NCBI RefSeq assembly: GCF_032444005.1
Contig: NC_091286.1
Span: forward strand, 468,782,001 to 468,846,000
Origin: Ranitomeya imitator
Lineage: Eukaryota
Reading direction: 5' to 3'
Length of the DNA stretch: 64,000 nt
Part shown: piece after piece, positions 37,498-49,997 of the stretch
How the letters are laid out: each line of letters opens with the position of its first letter
How positions within the stretch are numbered: position 1 is the stretch's first letter
The notes under the pieces: generated by a model
What the model was told of the DNA's origin: nothing
The model's input: the letters and a program-made list of their open reading frames with translations, nothing else
Database searches by the model: none
Program-made: the position numbers and the translations under genes

Positions 37498-40355
37498 GTA
37501 CCTCTCCTTTAACGAGGAGGATCCCGCGAATACTCTAAGCCGGGCCTTATTCAGAAACCTCCTGTGAAAAGCCTTAATTAACCTTGAGGATGAGACATCC
37601 ACAGCTTTCACCCAGGAATTGTCCTCAGGACCAAAACCCTTCCAGGACACAAGATACTGTAACCCTCCTCTATGCCACCTGGAATCAAGAATGCGTGACA
37701 TCTCAAACTCGCAGTCCTCATCAATTGGAGGAGCAGACGACATAGCCACCTTATCTGGAATGTCAACTTTCTTCAGCAAAGATATTTGAAAAACTAAATT
37801 AATTTTCCAGGACGAAGGAATGTTTAATCTCACCGCTGCTGAGTTGACAATGTCAACCACTTTGAAATTTCCTACAAATTTCGGCCCAAACTTTTTAGAA
37901 GGCATCTTCAAATGCCGATGCCTAGAGGACAACCAAACCATGTCCCCAACAACAAACCTCGCCTCCCTTCTTCTCTTTTAAAAATATTTCTTAGACCTCC
38001 TATTAGCCTGTTTAAGATTATGGTGCACACCGGTCCAAACCCTTTCCAAATTTACAGAAAAACTCTCCTCATCAGGCACCGCCGCCCCAATGCTAGAAAA
38101 AGGACCGAAAGATGTTCTTCCCAGTACAACAAAAGAAAGGAGAACACCCAGCCGAAGAAGACGTATGATTATTGAGAGCAGACTCAGCTAATGGTAGATA
38201 TTCCAATCACATCTCCTGATTGTTCGCTACAAAACATCTCAAAAACTGCTCAACGTCCTACTTCTTCCTCTCGGTCTGTCCACTGGACTGCGGATGATAG
38301 CCCGATGAAAATGACAAATGAACGTTAAGTCTGTCACAAAAGGCACACCAAAAGCGAGCCACAAACTGTGGTCCCCTATCGGAGACAATGTCCATTGGAA
38401 CATCATGGAGTCTAACAATCTCTTTCACTAATGCCCTGGCAAGTGTCTTAGCGCTGGGTAATTTATTGAATGGGAACAGATGACACATCTTACTAAACCG
38501 GTCCACTACAACCCAGATAACAGAAAAACCCTCAGAAACCGGCAGGTCGGTGATAAAATCCATTGCAACATGCGTCCATGGAGAACTTGGAAGTGTTAAC
38601 GGGCAAAGCAACCTTGCCGCCAGAGCATGCGAAGCCTTAGACCTAGCGCACATGGTACACTGACGCATCCACTTGACAATTTCTCTAAGCCACCCCAGCC
38701 ACCAGAAGCTCTGACCGATCGACTTTCTTGTTTCGGCAATCCCTGGCTGACCCGCCAAACAAGACTCATGGCATTCTGTAAACAAAGCTCTCATCAGGGA
38801 TTTAGGCACAAATAATTTCCCATACGGAGTGTTAGTTAGTGCCGCATCCTGGGCTTTAAAAATGCTATTTTCCAACTCAGAACCTAATGCTGCCACCATC
38901 ACCCCTCTCTGCAGAATAGATTCTTCCTTTTCAGTATTAACCGCTGGGGAGAAACTTCGAGACAAAGCATCAGCTTTAATATTTTTTTTCCCAGGGATAT
39001 ATGTCATAGAAAAATGGAACCAGACAAAAAACAGTGCCCACCTAGCTTGATGGGCATTCAAATGTTTAGCAGCATCCAGATAGACCAGGTTCTTATGATC
39101 AGTAGAGACCTGTCTAGCACCCTCCAAAAAATGTCACCAATGCTCAAACACAAGCTTAATAGCCAGCAATTCTCGGTTCACAACATCGTAGTTGAGCTTT
39201 GCATCTGAAAAGTTCTTAGAAAAGAAAGCACAGGGATGCACCCCATCCTCTCCCTCCTGAGACAGAACAGCCCCCACTCCTACTGATGAGTCGTCCACCT
39301 CTACCAGAAAGGGCTTAGTCTCATCTGTCTGGATCAAAACAGGAGCAGAGCCAAACCTCTCCTTGAGATGCTCAAAAGCGTTACCAGCCTCACGGGACCA
39401 TTGGATAGTATTGGAACCCTTCTTAGTATGATCAGTAAGGGGTTTTGCAATAACAGAATAATTCTTTATGAATTTTCTATAATAATTAGCAAACCCCAAA
39501 AATCTCCGAATCGACTTCAAGCATTCAGGACTTGGCAACTCCAATACCACCTGAACCTTCACCGGGTCCATCTCAAAATCATCACTGGAAACAAAGTACC
39601 CCAAAAAACTAATTTTCTGTACCGCAAACTCGCATTTGTCCAGTTTAGCAAAGAGTGTGTTTTCTCCCAGAATCTGCAGAACCTCACGGACTCTCTGCCA
39701 AAGCAAGTCCAGATCGGGCAAATAGATCTAAATATCCAAATAAACAATCACACTCCTACCGATCAACGGCCTCACGATGTCGTTAATGAAATTTTGAAAG
39801 AACGCTTGAGCACTTGTAAGGCCGAAAGGCATAACTAGACACTCAAAATGACCTTCCGGGGTATTAAAGGCTGTCTTCCATTCATCGCCTTCTTTAACCC
39901 GCAGCAAATCATATGCCCCACGGAGATCGATCTTAGAGAACAACTTGGCTCCAATTGGTTAAACAAATCCGGAATTAGCAGCAAGGGGTAAGGATTGCGC
40001 ACAGTGATCTTATTACTCTCCCTGAAATCCAGACACGGCCTAAGACCCCGATTTTTTTTTTTTACAAAAAAGAACCCCACAGCCCCAAGGGATTTAGAGG
40101 GTCTTATTTGACCTGCAGCAAGACTAGTGTGTAGGTATTCCTTTAAGGCCTCCCTCTTGGGAATCGTAAGATAAAATAAACGACTCTTAGGGAGAGTAGC
40201 ACCTGGGATGAACTCAATAGCGCCATTGTAATCTCTATGAGGTGGTAGAGCTTGTGACTCAACTTCTGAAAATACTTTCCAGAATTCCTGAATGGCTTCA
40301 GGTAGCTCATTTTTCACATGATCCCGCACCATCACTGCAAGCCCCCAGTAAGCTA
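37171..40355 (-). mobile_element. Decayed chromodomain Ty3/Gypsy (chromovirus, Sushi/Tf2-like) retrotransposon, 5'-truncated
   Basis: Fragmented pol: RT ([19 protein letters not shown]), RNase H (VGVGAVLSQ, RELLAI), integrase (MDFIT, SDRGPQF, GQTER), chromodomain (LQYLVSWKGFGPEDNSW). No gag, protease or 5' LTR seen. Confidence 0.92.
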
Positions 40356-41085
40356 CCATTAAAATGAAATATAAGACACACCACCATTTTATTTAAAAAC
40401 TTTTTTTACTATGTTGTACCCCAAAATTTGGGTGTATCTTATGGTCTGATGGGTCTTAAAATCCACAAAATATGGCATTATTTTATGCCGCATTTCAGCA
40501 TGTCCTACTGGATGCAGTATTATTGCAATATGCTCTATTAGATGCTATATTTTTACCAAAATTTTACCCTTGATAGATTGATTTTAAAGGAAAATGCTAT
40601 TAAAGGTCCAGCACACTACACAGCACTATATGGCCCTTCAATATGATTACATCGTGCACACCATATTATTGCGGTCGTGGGTCAAATAAACAAGGTTGTG
40701 TAGATGAGGCCTTACAATTATTTAAACCGGAGCTTTTCTTTATAGCCTCAATAAAGTATAATGACAAATCAAATAGACCAAAACAAAATCTAATATTAAT
40801 AGAGGTCAGTAAATCTATTTTCACAGAATACCAACTGTATCTATAAACTGTTCTATTCTTTTGAAGCGGTTTTATGCAGTAGTGAAATTTTACATCTTTG
40901 CAGCATTTGAATCTTTATTATGTCTATTTTGTGCAAAAAAAACTATTATAGAATTTGTTTTATGGGAAGTATTTGCCAGATTTTACATCAGCCCAGCAAG
41001 CTCCTTTTCCCGTTAAGCATTACATGAGCGAATCCTACATTCTGTAAAATAATATGATGTTGTACTTAATGTTATCTTTGCACAG

Positions 41086-41156
41086 CGGTTCCTGACATCA
41101 ACTGGCAGGAGCTCTTGTGTTATGGAAAACAAAAACACTTTAATCAACATATAACA
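41086..41156 (+). CDS. Candidate coding exon (VPDINWQELLCYGKQKHFNQHIT)
   Basis: TCTTTGCACAG acceptor, ACA|GTAAGG donor, 71 nt, only one frame open (phase 1-0). Confidence 0.5.
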
Positions 41157-41306
41157 GTAAGGTGTCACAAAGTAAAGCGCAATACAAGTTTATTATATGG
41201 TGCACCAAACAGACTTGCTGTCTTATAAAATCACAATTGTTTAAATGGTTTTCCATTGTCCTTCAGCTTGATATAGTCTTGTTTATTAAATCCCATACAA
41301 CTAAAG

Positions 41307-41370
41307 ATTGGTTTTAGAGAGTTCGGGCACAACTTTGAAGTTACTGGAAGCATGCTTAGTACTCATGTCA
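41307..41370 (+). CDS. Candidate coding exon (IGFREFGHNFEVTGSMLSTHV)
   Basis: AAG acceptor (weak), A|GTGAGT donor, 64 nt, phase 0-1, compatible with both neighbours. Confidence 0.4.
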
Positions 41371-42287
41371 GTGAGTACTGTACTTCAGATGTCCTCTAAA
41401 GATCATGGCCTTCAAAAGCATTTTCATACTTTTTATTGACCTTTTTTAACTAAGCTGATACTACAAATACTGACTCACCACAAACTTTCTGAATTAAAAC
41501 TGTGTGCTTAAGCATTATATGTCAATTAGTGTATTTCACTAAAGACAACCGTCTGTTATTTTTTTTGAGGGTTTGTTTTTTCATGGCTACTCAGCCAGAT
41601 CATGGTGTTCTTGCTATGAATAGAATAACTTAGATAGGTTCAATGCTCATAATACACTATGTAATAGGGAGAGTCCACTACGTTAAGTTGTGCCAGTCCA
41701 GTAGCTATAGTATTTTTTTTACTTTTGCATCAACCTGGTAAAGTACTTAAAGTGGTGACAACTCATTTAACTCGGAAGTACTGCCCTTGTCCAAATCAGA
41801 TGATTGTCTGATCTTGTGGTCTTACATATTATCCTGAATCTGACTGGTCAGCTCCCTCACTGTAGCTTTACTCTGTAGAATTATTCAAACTCAAGCCAAC
41901 ATTTGGAATTATTAGAATAGTCTAAAAATAAAAAAAATTGTATACTTACTCATCTACCATTCCGTCACAAATCCATTCCTCTTCCTGCCTGGGTTTCTCC
42001 ACTGGTATCCACACTTCCTCTTCCAGCAGGATTTTGACCACTAGGGTGAACAACACATGACAGTTGTGGCCAGACATTTGTGGCCAGACACTGGGCACAA
42101 AGGTGACACATCTATACCAATGGAACAGACTGTTTAGACCTAGTCATTAGTGCCTTTTCCTGAGAAAGTGCCAAAAAAGGAGAGCATACACCACATATTG
42201 CTGAAACTTTCTAAAACTACCTGTGGGAACCAATGTTTGAAGTGTATCACCAGCTTTTTTGCCTATTCCCATGTAAGATGTAATAAT

Positions 42288-42558
42288 TAGTGATGAGAGA
42301 GGGTACTTGTTGCTTGGGTGACCTCCGAGTATTTGTTAGTGTTCGGAGATTTAGTTTTCATCACCTCAGCTGAATGATTTACAGCTACTATCCAGCCTGA
42401 GTACATGTGGGGGTTGCCTGGTTGGTAGGGAATTCCCACATGTAATCAAACTGTCTAACAGTCACAAATCATCCAGCTGCCGCAATGAAAACTAAATCTC
42501 CGAGCAGTCATAAATACTCGAAGGTCACCCGAGCAACGAGTACACTCGCTTATCACTA
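42288..42558. mobile_element. hAT-type palindromic MITE, same family as 29484
   Basis: TAGTGATGAG...TTATCACTA termini; perfect 8-bp TSD GTAATAAT. Confidence 0.88.
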
Positions 42559-43207
42559 GTAATAATGCTTTATACATTGGAAGCAGGTGTTTGAAGCTTA
42601 ATTAAAAAAATTTAGCCTGCACCATGCCCAATATCTGCTTGTAAATGCAACAACCTGAGCAAGCTCCAATTCCTGTTTTTTTCATTTAAATATCACTGTT
42701 GATCTCTAATCACATATTCAAACCTACTATGAAGACTTAAAAACTAAAGCAAAAATGCAAAAAAAGTTTTAAAAAATATAAAAAAAATATAAATATAAGT
42801 TTGAATCACCCCAACTTTTTCCGGTTTCAAAATAATGAAAGTAAAAATAATTTGGTACTTCCAAGTCCATAAAAAACTGAACTATCAAAATATGCAATTA
42901 ATTATCCTGTACAGTAAATGTCATATAGAGAAAAAAAATACAATTGCCGTTTTTTGGTTGATGAAGCTCCATATAAAAATGAAATAAGTGGTCAAAATGT
43001 TAAATGTACCCCTAAGTGGTAGCAATAAAAATGTCCAGTCACCATGCAAAAAACAAGCTTTTAAGCTTTACACAGCTACATTAAACAAAAAATAATAAAA
43101 GTTACAAGTTTTTACTGCTTTCTGAATTTTTATTTCACCATTTTAAAAAAAAATAGACAAGTTTGAGATCGTTGTGATCTTACTTATCTGAGAAATCAAG
43201 TAGTAAG

Positions 43208-43525
43208 TAGAGATGAGCGAACCTGAACTGTAAAGTTTGGGGTTCGTACCTAGGTGTCCAATGCTGAACTTGAAACATGGACTTCTTCTGGAAGTCCATT
43301 TTAGTGTTCAAATGCTGATGTGAAAAAGACTCTGAGAGAAGGAGCTTTTTGCAGCTCCCTACCCCTTACTATGACTGTTTTATAGCACTAAATTTCAGGA
43401 CGCCATTGACTTTTATGGTGTTCAGGTTCAAATTCAGGTAAAGTTCTGGTACTTTGGATGTAAGTTTGGACAAAAGTTTGCTTGAATCCGAAGAACCCAA
43501 AAATCCATATGTCTGCTCATCCCTA
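43208..43525. mobile_element. Older hAT-type MITE
   Basis: TAGAGATGAGC...GCTCATCCCTA; TSD GTAGTAAG/GCAGTTAG (6/8). Confidence 0.7.
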
Positions 43526-44855
43526 GCAGTTAGGTAAATTTTACCACACAATGAATGCCTAAAAAGGAATTCCAGAAAACAATGGTGGAATTGTGTTTTC
43601 ACCATATTAGTAATTGTGTGGTAAAATGGTGTCACAAGCCCCAATATGGCAATTTCGAACAATGAATGAAAAATTATGTTAGAAGGAAAATAAAATGATA
43701 ATTGTCCGCAAGAAGAGGATAAATAATCAAAACTGTTCTATGTAGCGGAATATTTTGTGCTTTAATAATAAAGTTTTAACAACATTTTTTCTTCTACCAT
43801 TTCATTTATCATAAGAAAAATATCATTAATATTTTTTTGTTGCAAGCAGAAGATATTTTATAGGTTTCAGAAAGAATAAATGCATATGCAAATAATGCTG
43901 ATGTTCCTGTTCGAGAGCTGATAATGACCTCTTTAATGTGCAGGTTTCACCAATGATTTGCTGAATTCACATCACACTCCAATGAGCCTTGTTAAAATGG
44001 TTTGAACACTTACTGTATATAACATTCAAAAAGGATAGCCCGGAGCATGCCGAAGGCAGAAGGTCAGATTAGTTCAGTGAATTTGAAAGTTAATTTTGAA
44101 ACATGTTTATGATTTTAAAGATTTATTTTTAATTTGTACTAATAAGAATGAGCACTCATCCTTGACAGTAAAAGCTTTTAAAATTCATTATTTACTTATT
44201 AAATACCACCTGCTGTATTAAGATTGCTGTCAAACATTTTTTTTCTAAATGTCTTTACTCTGAAGATTCTTAATGTTCCTTGCAAAAGAGCTGCATTAGC
44301 AGATAAAATCACGGAAATAGAAATTCATTTTTTTTCTGTATATTCATCATCTTTTCTTGCTTCACACATTAAGCCTCTTATGTCTAAGAACAAAAGATGT
44401 AAAATGTTAGAATATGCAAATGATATGATTGCATTTAGTGCAGCATTTTGCTTATATAATCTGCACCACTTATTATTATTGCTATTTATAACCTGCAGAA
44501 AAAATAGAAATAATGACGATAAAAATAGTCAATGAAATCTTTTAATCTTAATACAAAGCAACATGTATTTTACATGTTTAGCTATTTACATGCATGCATT
44601 TTTTACATGTTTTCATATGCGGATCCAGGACCCTATGTTCACCATTAGCACAAGGAGTGCTATAGATAGCTTTACGAGCGGTGTGTAGGCCAAGGTGCTC
44701 AACATTCTTGGCATGGACGCAAGCACAGACAACAAATCATGGTCAGATTCTGCAACTACTGTATATAATGACTTTCAAGCATTTATAAGAATGGATGTAA
44801 ATAGAAATTCACTGGGAGTCTACTCTTTTTTAAAGACTAGCCTAATGGTAATTAG

Positions 44856-45800
44856 TAGGGTTGAGCGAAACGGGTCGGCCAGATTCAGAAGTCGCCGACT
44901 TTTGGCAAAGTCGGGTTTCATGAAACCCAACCCGACCCCTGTGTGGGGTCGGCCATGAGGTCGGCGATCTTCTGAATCTGGTATCGGAATTCCGATACAG
45001 ATTCCCGATATGTTTAAGATATCAGGAATCGGTATCGGAATTCAGATTTAAGTGTAAAATAAAGAATAAAAATAAAAAATATTGCTATACTCACCCTCGG
45101 ACGCGCCCTGGTTGTAACCGGGAGCCTTCCTTCCTAAGAATGAGCGCCTGAAGGACCTTTTTCGATGACGTCGCGGCTTGTGATTGGTCGCGTGAGCGTA
45201 ACGCGACCAATCACAAGCCGCGACGTCATCGAAAGGTCCTTCAAGCACTGATTCTTAGGAAGGAAGGCTGCGGGTTAGAACCAGGGCGCGTCCGAGGGTG
45301 AGTATATTCCTAACAAGTATATACTTACCCTCGGACGCGCCCTGGTTCTAACCCGCAGCCTTCCTTCCTAGAATCAGCGCTTCAAGGACCTTTCGATGAC
45401 GTCGCGGCTTGTGATTGGTCGCGTGACGCCCATGTGACCGCTCACGCGACCAATCACAAGCCGCGACATCATCGAAAGGTCCTTCCGGCGCTCATTCTTA
45501 GGAAGGAAGGCTCCCGGTTACAACCAGGGTGCGTCCGAGGGTGAGTATAGCAATATTTTTTATTTTTATTCTTTATTTTACACATTAATATGGATCGCAG
45601 GGCCTGAAGGAGAGTTTCCTCTCCTTCAGACCCTGGGAACCATTAGAAACCCAATGCACTGCATTGGGTTTCGTGTTTCGGCCGACCCCGACCCTGACTT
45701 TTCTATAGGATCGGCCGATTTCACTCGACCCGACTTTTGAAAAAGTCGGGTTTCGTGAAATCCGACCCGATCCTATAAAAACAAAAGTCAATCAACCCTA
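44856..45800. mobile_element. hAT-type MITE, 945 bp, double-hairpin type, inverted relative to 30055-31047
   Basis: TAGGGTTGA...TCAACCCTA; perfect 8-bp TSD GTAATTAG; its left end matches the reverse complement of the right end of the 30055 copy. Confidence 0.95.
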
Positions 45801-46563
45801 GTAATTAGGTTAGGAACTAAAGATGAGCAACTTCACTCGCCTACTGCTGCTCTCTTTGGTGTCTAGTGCAGTCATTGTGCTCTTTTCACTGTAAATAAGA
45901 CCTGCTGGTTCATTCAACACCCTATGCATGAGCTGAAAGTCTCATACATTGTAAAAGTCACGTCCGGACCACACAAAGAGCAGCGTAACTCAGAAAAGTC
46001 TGCGAAGTGGTGATGTAATTCAGAAGAGCAGATGAACGGCACTGGACAATGCAGAAAGTAGCGGTAGTTGAGTATATTAATACACCCACACAACATCGTG
46101 TCCACATACACACATATTTAGGCAACAAAAATGTTAGTGGGTGTACTTCTTTAAGTGCAAAACAGTCACTCCTTTCTGACATTAGAAAGCCTTGTGAATA
46201 ATTATATGATGGAGGGAAAGAAGTCCGCCTCTAATCAAAGTTTTTATCCTCTTAACATATTGCAATCATCATGTTATATAGCACTGTGAACTTACAATTG
46301 CTCATTTTGCCATTCTACCAATTTAATTTTTCTCTTTTCCATTAGGCTTACGACATCATGTGATTAAAAACTGACTAGTTGAATCTCTCTAACCTATTTA
46401 CAGAAACAGAATGTCTCTTTTCCCTGCATTAGTGAATTTAACAGCTAAAATCCTACATCAGTGACAAAAGAAAACAAGGAAGAGAGATAAATGTAAGGTG
46501 GTGAAAGCAGCTAGGTCAGGAATTGAAGAGCAGGTGGAGCTGGGCAGGCCAGGAACTTTTCAG

Positions 46564-46711
46564 TGATGAAGGATTTTAGTTCTAATGATGACTCGTGCAG
46601 GGAAAAATATTTCCAATTTCTACAACGAGCTTTAAAGGATTCAGCTTGCCAGTTTTTAGACCTAATGGAAAACCAAATAATTAGCTGTGTAATTGGTCAA
46701 AATGAGCAATT
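46564..46711 (+). CDS. Candidate coding exon (MKDFSSNDDSCREKYFQFLQRALKDSACQFLDLMENQIISCVIGQNEQ)
   Basis: CTTTTCAG acceptor (alternative GCAG at 46600), TT|GTAAGT donor, 148 nt open, phase 1-2. Confidence 0.55.
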
Positions 46712-47529
46712 GTAAGTACTCAGTACTGCATAATATGATGATTACATTATATTAAGATAAAAACTTTGATAGGTGTGTGTATTGAAATAGGGTATATCAC
46801 ATTAACATTTTCATGGCTGACGAACTAGGCAACATTTGGTATGAAATGCACTGGAACGCTGAATATATTCTTATAATTGCATATTTTAGAGTAGGGACAG
46901 TGAGGTTTATTTGATTATTTGTTGAATTGAGCTTACCACAATTAGACTTTCTTGTAATTTTAATATTCTATTCAGTTGCATTCCCCTAAATGTAATTTCT
47001 CAATGCCTTCCCAAGCAATAGCATCTTAACTGAATCCTTTTATACGTCTTTATGCTAATCCCGCACCTGTCAGTTTTAAACTCTACCTGAGCATGCTTGG
47101 AGATTTCTGCAGTAATAGCATAATGCAGATGAATGAGTGAAAGATTAATATGACTGAGACCATGTACATATAACCTTTTAAGCATTTACTGAAAGGTTGA
47201 CTTAGTGAAATACCATCCTGGAATCCAATAAAGCAAAATCTCCTATGGGAAGTCAACATAATCATGTTCAAAAGTTAATATTTTCCTATTCCACATAGAT
47301 GTTCAGCTCATGAAAAATAGCTTTCATTGGAATTTACTATGGAAAAAACTAATTAATATGTTCCTACCAATTACTTAATGTATACTTTCATCTTGGCACA
47401 TGTTGCAACACAACAACGTAAATCAATTATTTATTTTTACTGTTATCATTTTACAGGATTTGGGAATTGTATGATTGTCATTTCATATATGTTTCATTTT
47501 ATACCTCTTTATTTCTAACAGTCTTATTA

Positions 47530-47700
47530 CATAGTTATTATTAGTTATTAAGGTTGAAGGAAGACTATAAGTCCATCTAGTTCAACCCATAGCCTAACCT
47601 AACATGCCCTAACATGTTGATCCAGAGGAAGGCAAAAAAAACCCATGTGGCAAAGAGTAAGCTCCACATTGGGGAAAAAAATTCCTTCCCGACTCCAAAG
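47530..47700 (-). mobile_element. 3' end fragment of a CR1-type LINE
   Basis: AAGGTTGAAGGAAGACTATAAGTCCATCTAGTTCAACC stem-loop next to a short (TAGTTAT)n tail, recalled as typical of CR1 3' ends. Confidence 0.55.
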
Positions 47701-48299
47701 GAGTAATAACTGCAGTATCAGAATAAATATTATTAATTCTATATATTCTACTATATAGACATAAATAATCGCCTAAGGCTTGACATTACTATTTTTGGCA
47801 TTATTACTATCTGAAATACTAATGATAACAGTTAGTGGATCTCCTCCACAATGTTGGGTATTGCTATTTAAGGTTGTTTTTCCCTCCATGCTTTTGGGCA
47901 ATTTGTTTGCCGAGCTCTATCATTCTTTTCTAAAAGGGAGACCTGCGTTTTTACTAGGAACACATTATGAGTGTATAATGAATGAATGAGGAAATAAATA
48001 GGGAGGATCAAAAGAAAAGCAAGGCTGACCAAGCCCAATTATTTAATAATAAGTTAGAAAACTTACCTCATTGTGGCATTATGGTACATGTCTAGCCACG
48101 GAACTAGTGCTTGCATCACATGGAAATATGTACCTTAATGCCACAATATAATTTGTTTTAATCTTTCCTATTTTTTTTCAAACATTTTAATAGATTCCTA
48201 AGCATGGGGTAAGGTCAAAAACATGCTGCACTGCTGCTATATTACAATTTATTTTGGCCACACGATCTTATCAGCACTTTCTGTATAAGGTAGCTGTTT

Positions 48300-48700
48300 C
48301 CCCTGTCACCGCTGTGTAAGTTTGAACATCAGTTCATTTGTGACGGTGGTCTGAAAAACAATAGTTGCCCCACTTGTGATTTTCAAGAATAAAGAGTAGT
48401 GTGCAGTGATCTGTTTCTTTGTGGTCTGAAGTTGTGTCTGTTGCCAGTATTTATCAAAGATTTAGTGTTTTTTTCTGAAAAAGTGTGTATGAATGGATGG
48501 AGAAGTTCAAGGTAAGATTGCACAAGTGTCAGCCATGAAAAAGAGCTGGATACCTGTCCATGTTCATGTCTGATGACAAAATTGAGCTTTTATGGGAAGT
48601 GAGTCCGCTGGAAAGACAAGTAAGAGTGAATTATGTGGCAAATCATTTGCAAACATTCATGTCTGAGGATGAGGAGAAGATAGCTGTGCATTCATGTCTT
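48300..48700 (+). pseudogene. Highly decayed mariner transposase N-terminus
   Basis: CAVI.FLWSE-like and VYEWMEKFK segments resemble mariner HTH regions. Confidence 0.45.
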
Positions 48701-48856
48701 ACATAAAAGCCTAAAATATTTTTAAATGCGGGAAAATGAAAACTAGTGGACAAATAGATAAAGTCCATTGAAAAGCAGGGAGATATTCTTGAAAAATGAT
48801 GCATTTTGTGTTTTCTGAAAGTTGATTAAAATAAATTGATTAACCCTCATATTTAG

Positions 48857-48904
48857 AATATTATCCAAAAGGAGTTGTATCTGGTAGTCCCACAACCCTT
48901 CCAG
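48857..48904 (+). CDS. Candidate small coding exon (YYPKGVVSGSPTTLP)
   Basis: TTTAG acceptor, CAG|GTGAGC donor, 48 nt, phase 1-1. Confidence 0.35.
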
Positions 48905-49997
48905 GTGAGCACAGAAATTTGTATCCATATTCCTGTTAACCAGACATATTTGAACTATGACTCATCTTTTTTTATATATATTTCTAGAGATTATAATAGG
49001 TAAGAGGATGGGACATTAATGAATGAACCCCTGCTCCTTAAGCAATTCAAAGGCTATTATAAGAGTAAAAACTTTTTATTAACCTTTTTACTGAAAAGTA
49101 GCAAATATTTAAGTTTTAATAAAATTGTACTTTTTAAGAAGTGGATATGATTTTTGCCCATTGAGCTTGAAGTTTAAGCAAAAGGATATAAACTGTTTGA
49201 AGCTAGATACCAACTGGATTCACTTTTATCTAAAGTACTTGTACTTAGTTGTGCTTCACTGAATATAATTACCGAAAGTTTAAGGAACAGACCAACTGTA
49301 AAAAAAAATTGTGAGGGTGGTTGGAAAAATTCAGATGCCGCATAATACCTTGGCTATTTGTAGGCTGACACATTTGTTACTTCAAAAGTTCAAAAATTCT
49401 CAATATTAGAATAAACACATGATAGTGTAATGATAGATCAAATGTAGCTTAACTAGAGTGTCATTACATAATATTCAACATAATCTTGAATAAATTGATG
49501 CATTTCTTCAAATTATCCAAAAAATAAATATGTCTGGCACTGAACTCTTTCTGGACAAGGCAATTGCAAAAACATAAAAGACTCGTGTAATGGTAAAAAA
49601 GCATAAAAGAGCCCATATTTTAAAAACTGTTTCTGGTCAATAGATATTGTCAGTTGTGTACTAACAACTATAATCATGTAGCATTTTGCTTCATCCTCTA
49701 TCACATAGGAAGTGTTCTAAAGTATTGGGAAAAGAATGACTACTGTCAGGAACACTATGCTAAAATGGTTAAGCGCTGCTAAGAGTGCAAAATTACATAT
49801 TTCCATAAAAACAGAATACAAAGTATCTGAAAAGTGTAATTTACAGTACTTTTACTGCAAGACCTTCTAGGACAGAATATGTAATAATTAGTATCATAAC
49901 AAGCACAATTCATAGAAACTATTTTAGTAGAAGCATGGCATTAAAATGACAATAAAATATGCAAAAATAAAAAGATGCAAGACACTAAGAATCAATT

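Noticed and set aside
7295-46711. Assigning the host gene to PKD1L1 or the polycystin-1 family
   Set aside because: Short resemblances from memory (ASTQLLGKSQY, INWQELL, LQRALKDSACQF) are weak, their order is not consistent with my recollection of PKD1L1, and no GPS, PLAT or PKD motif is visible. Needs a real search.
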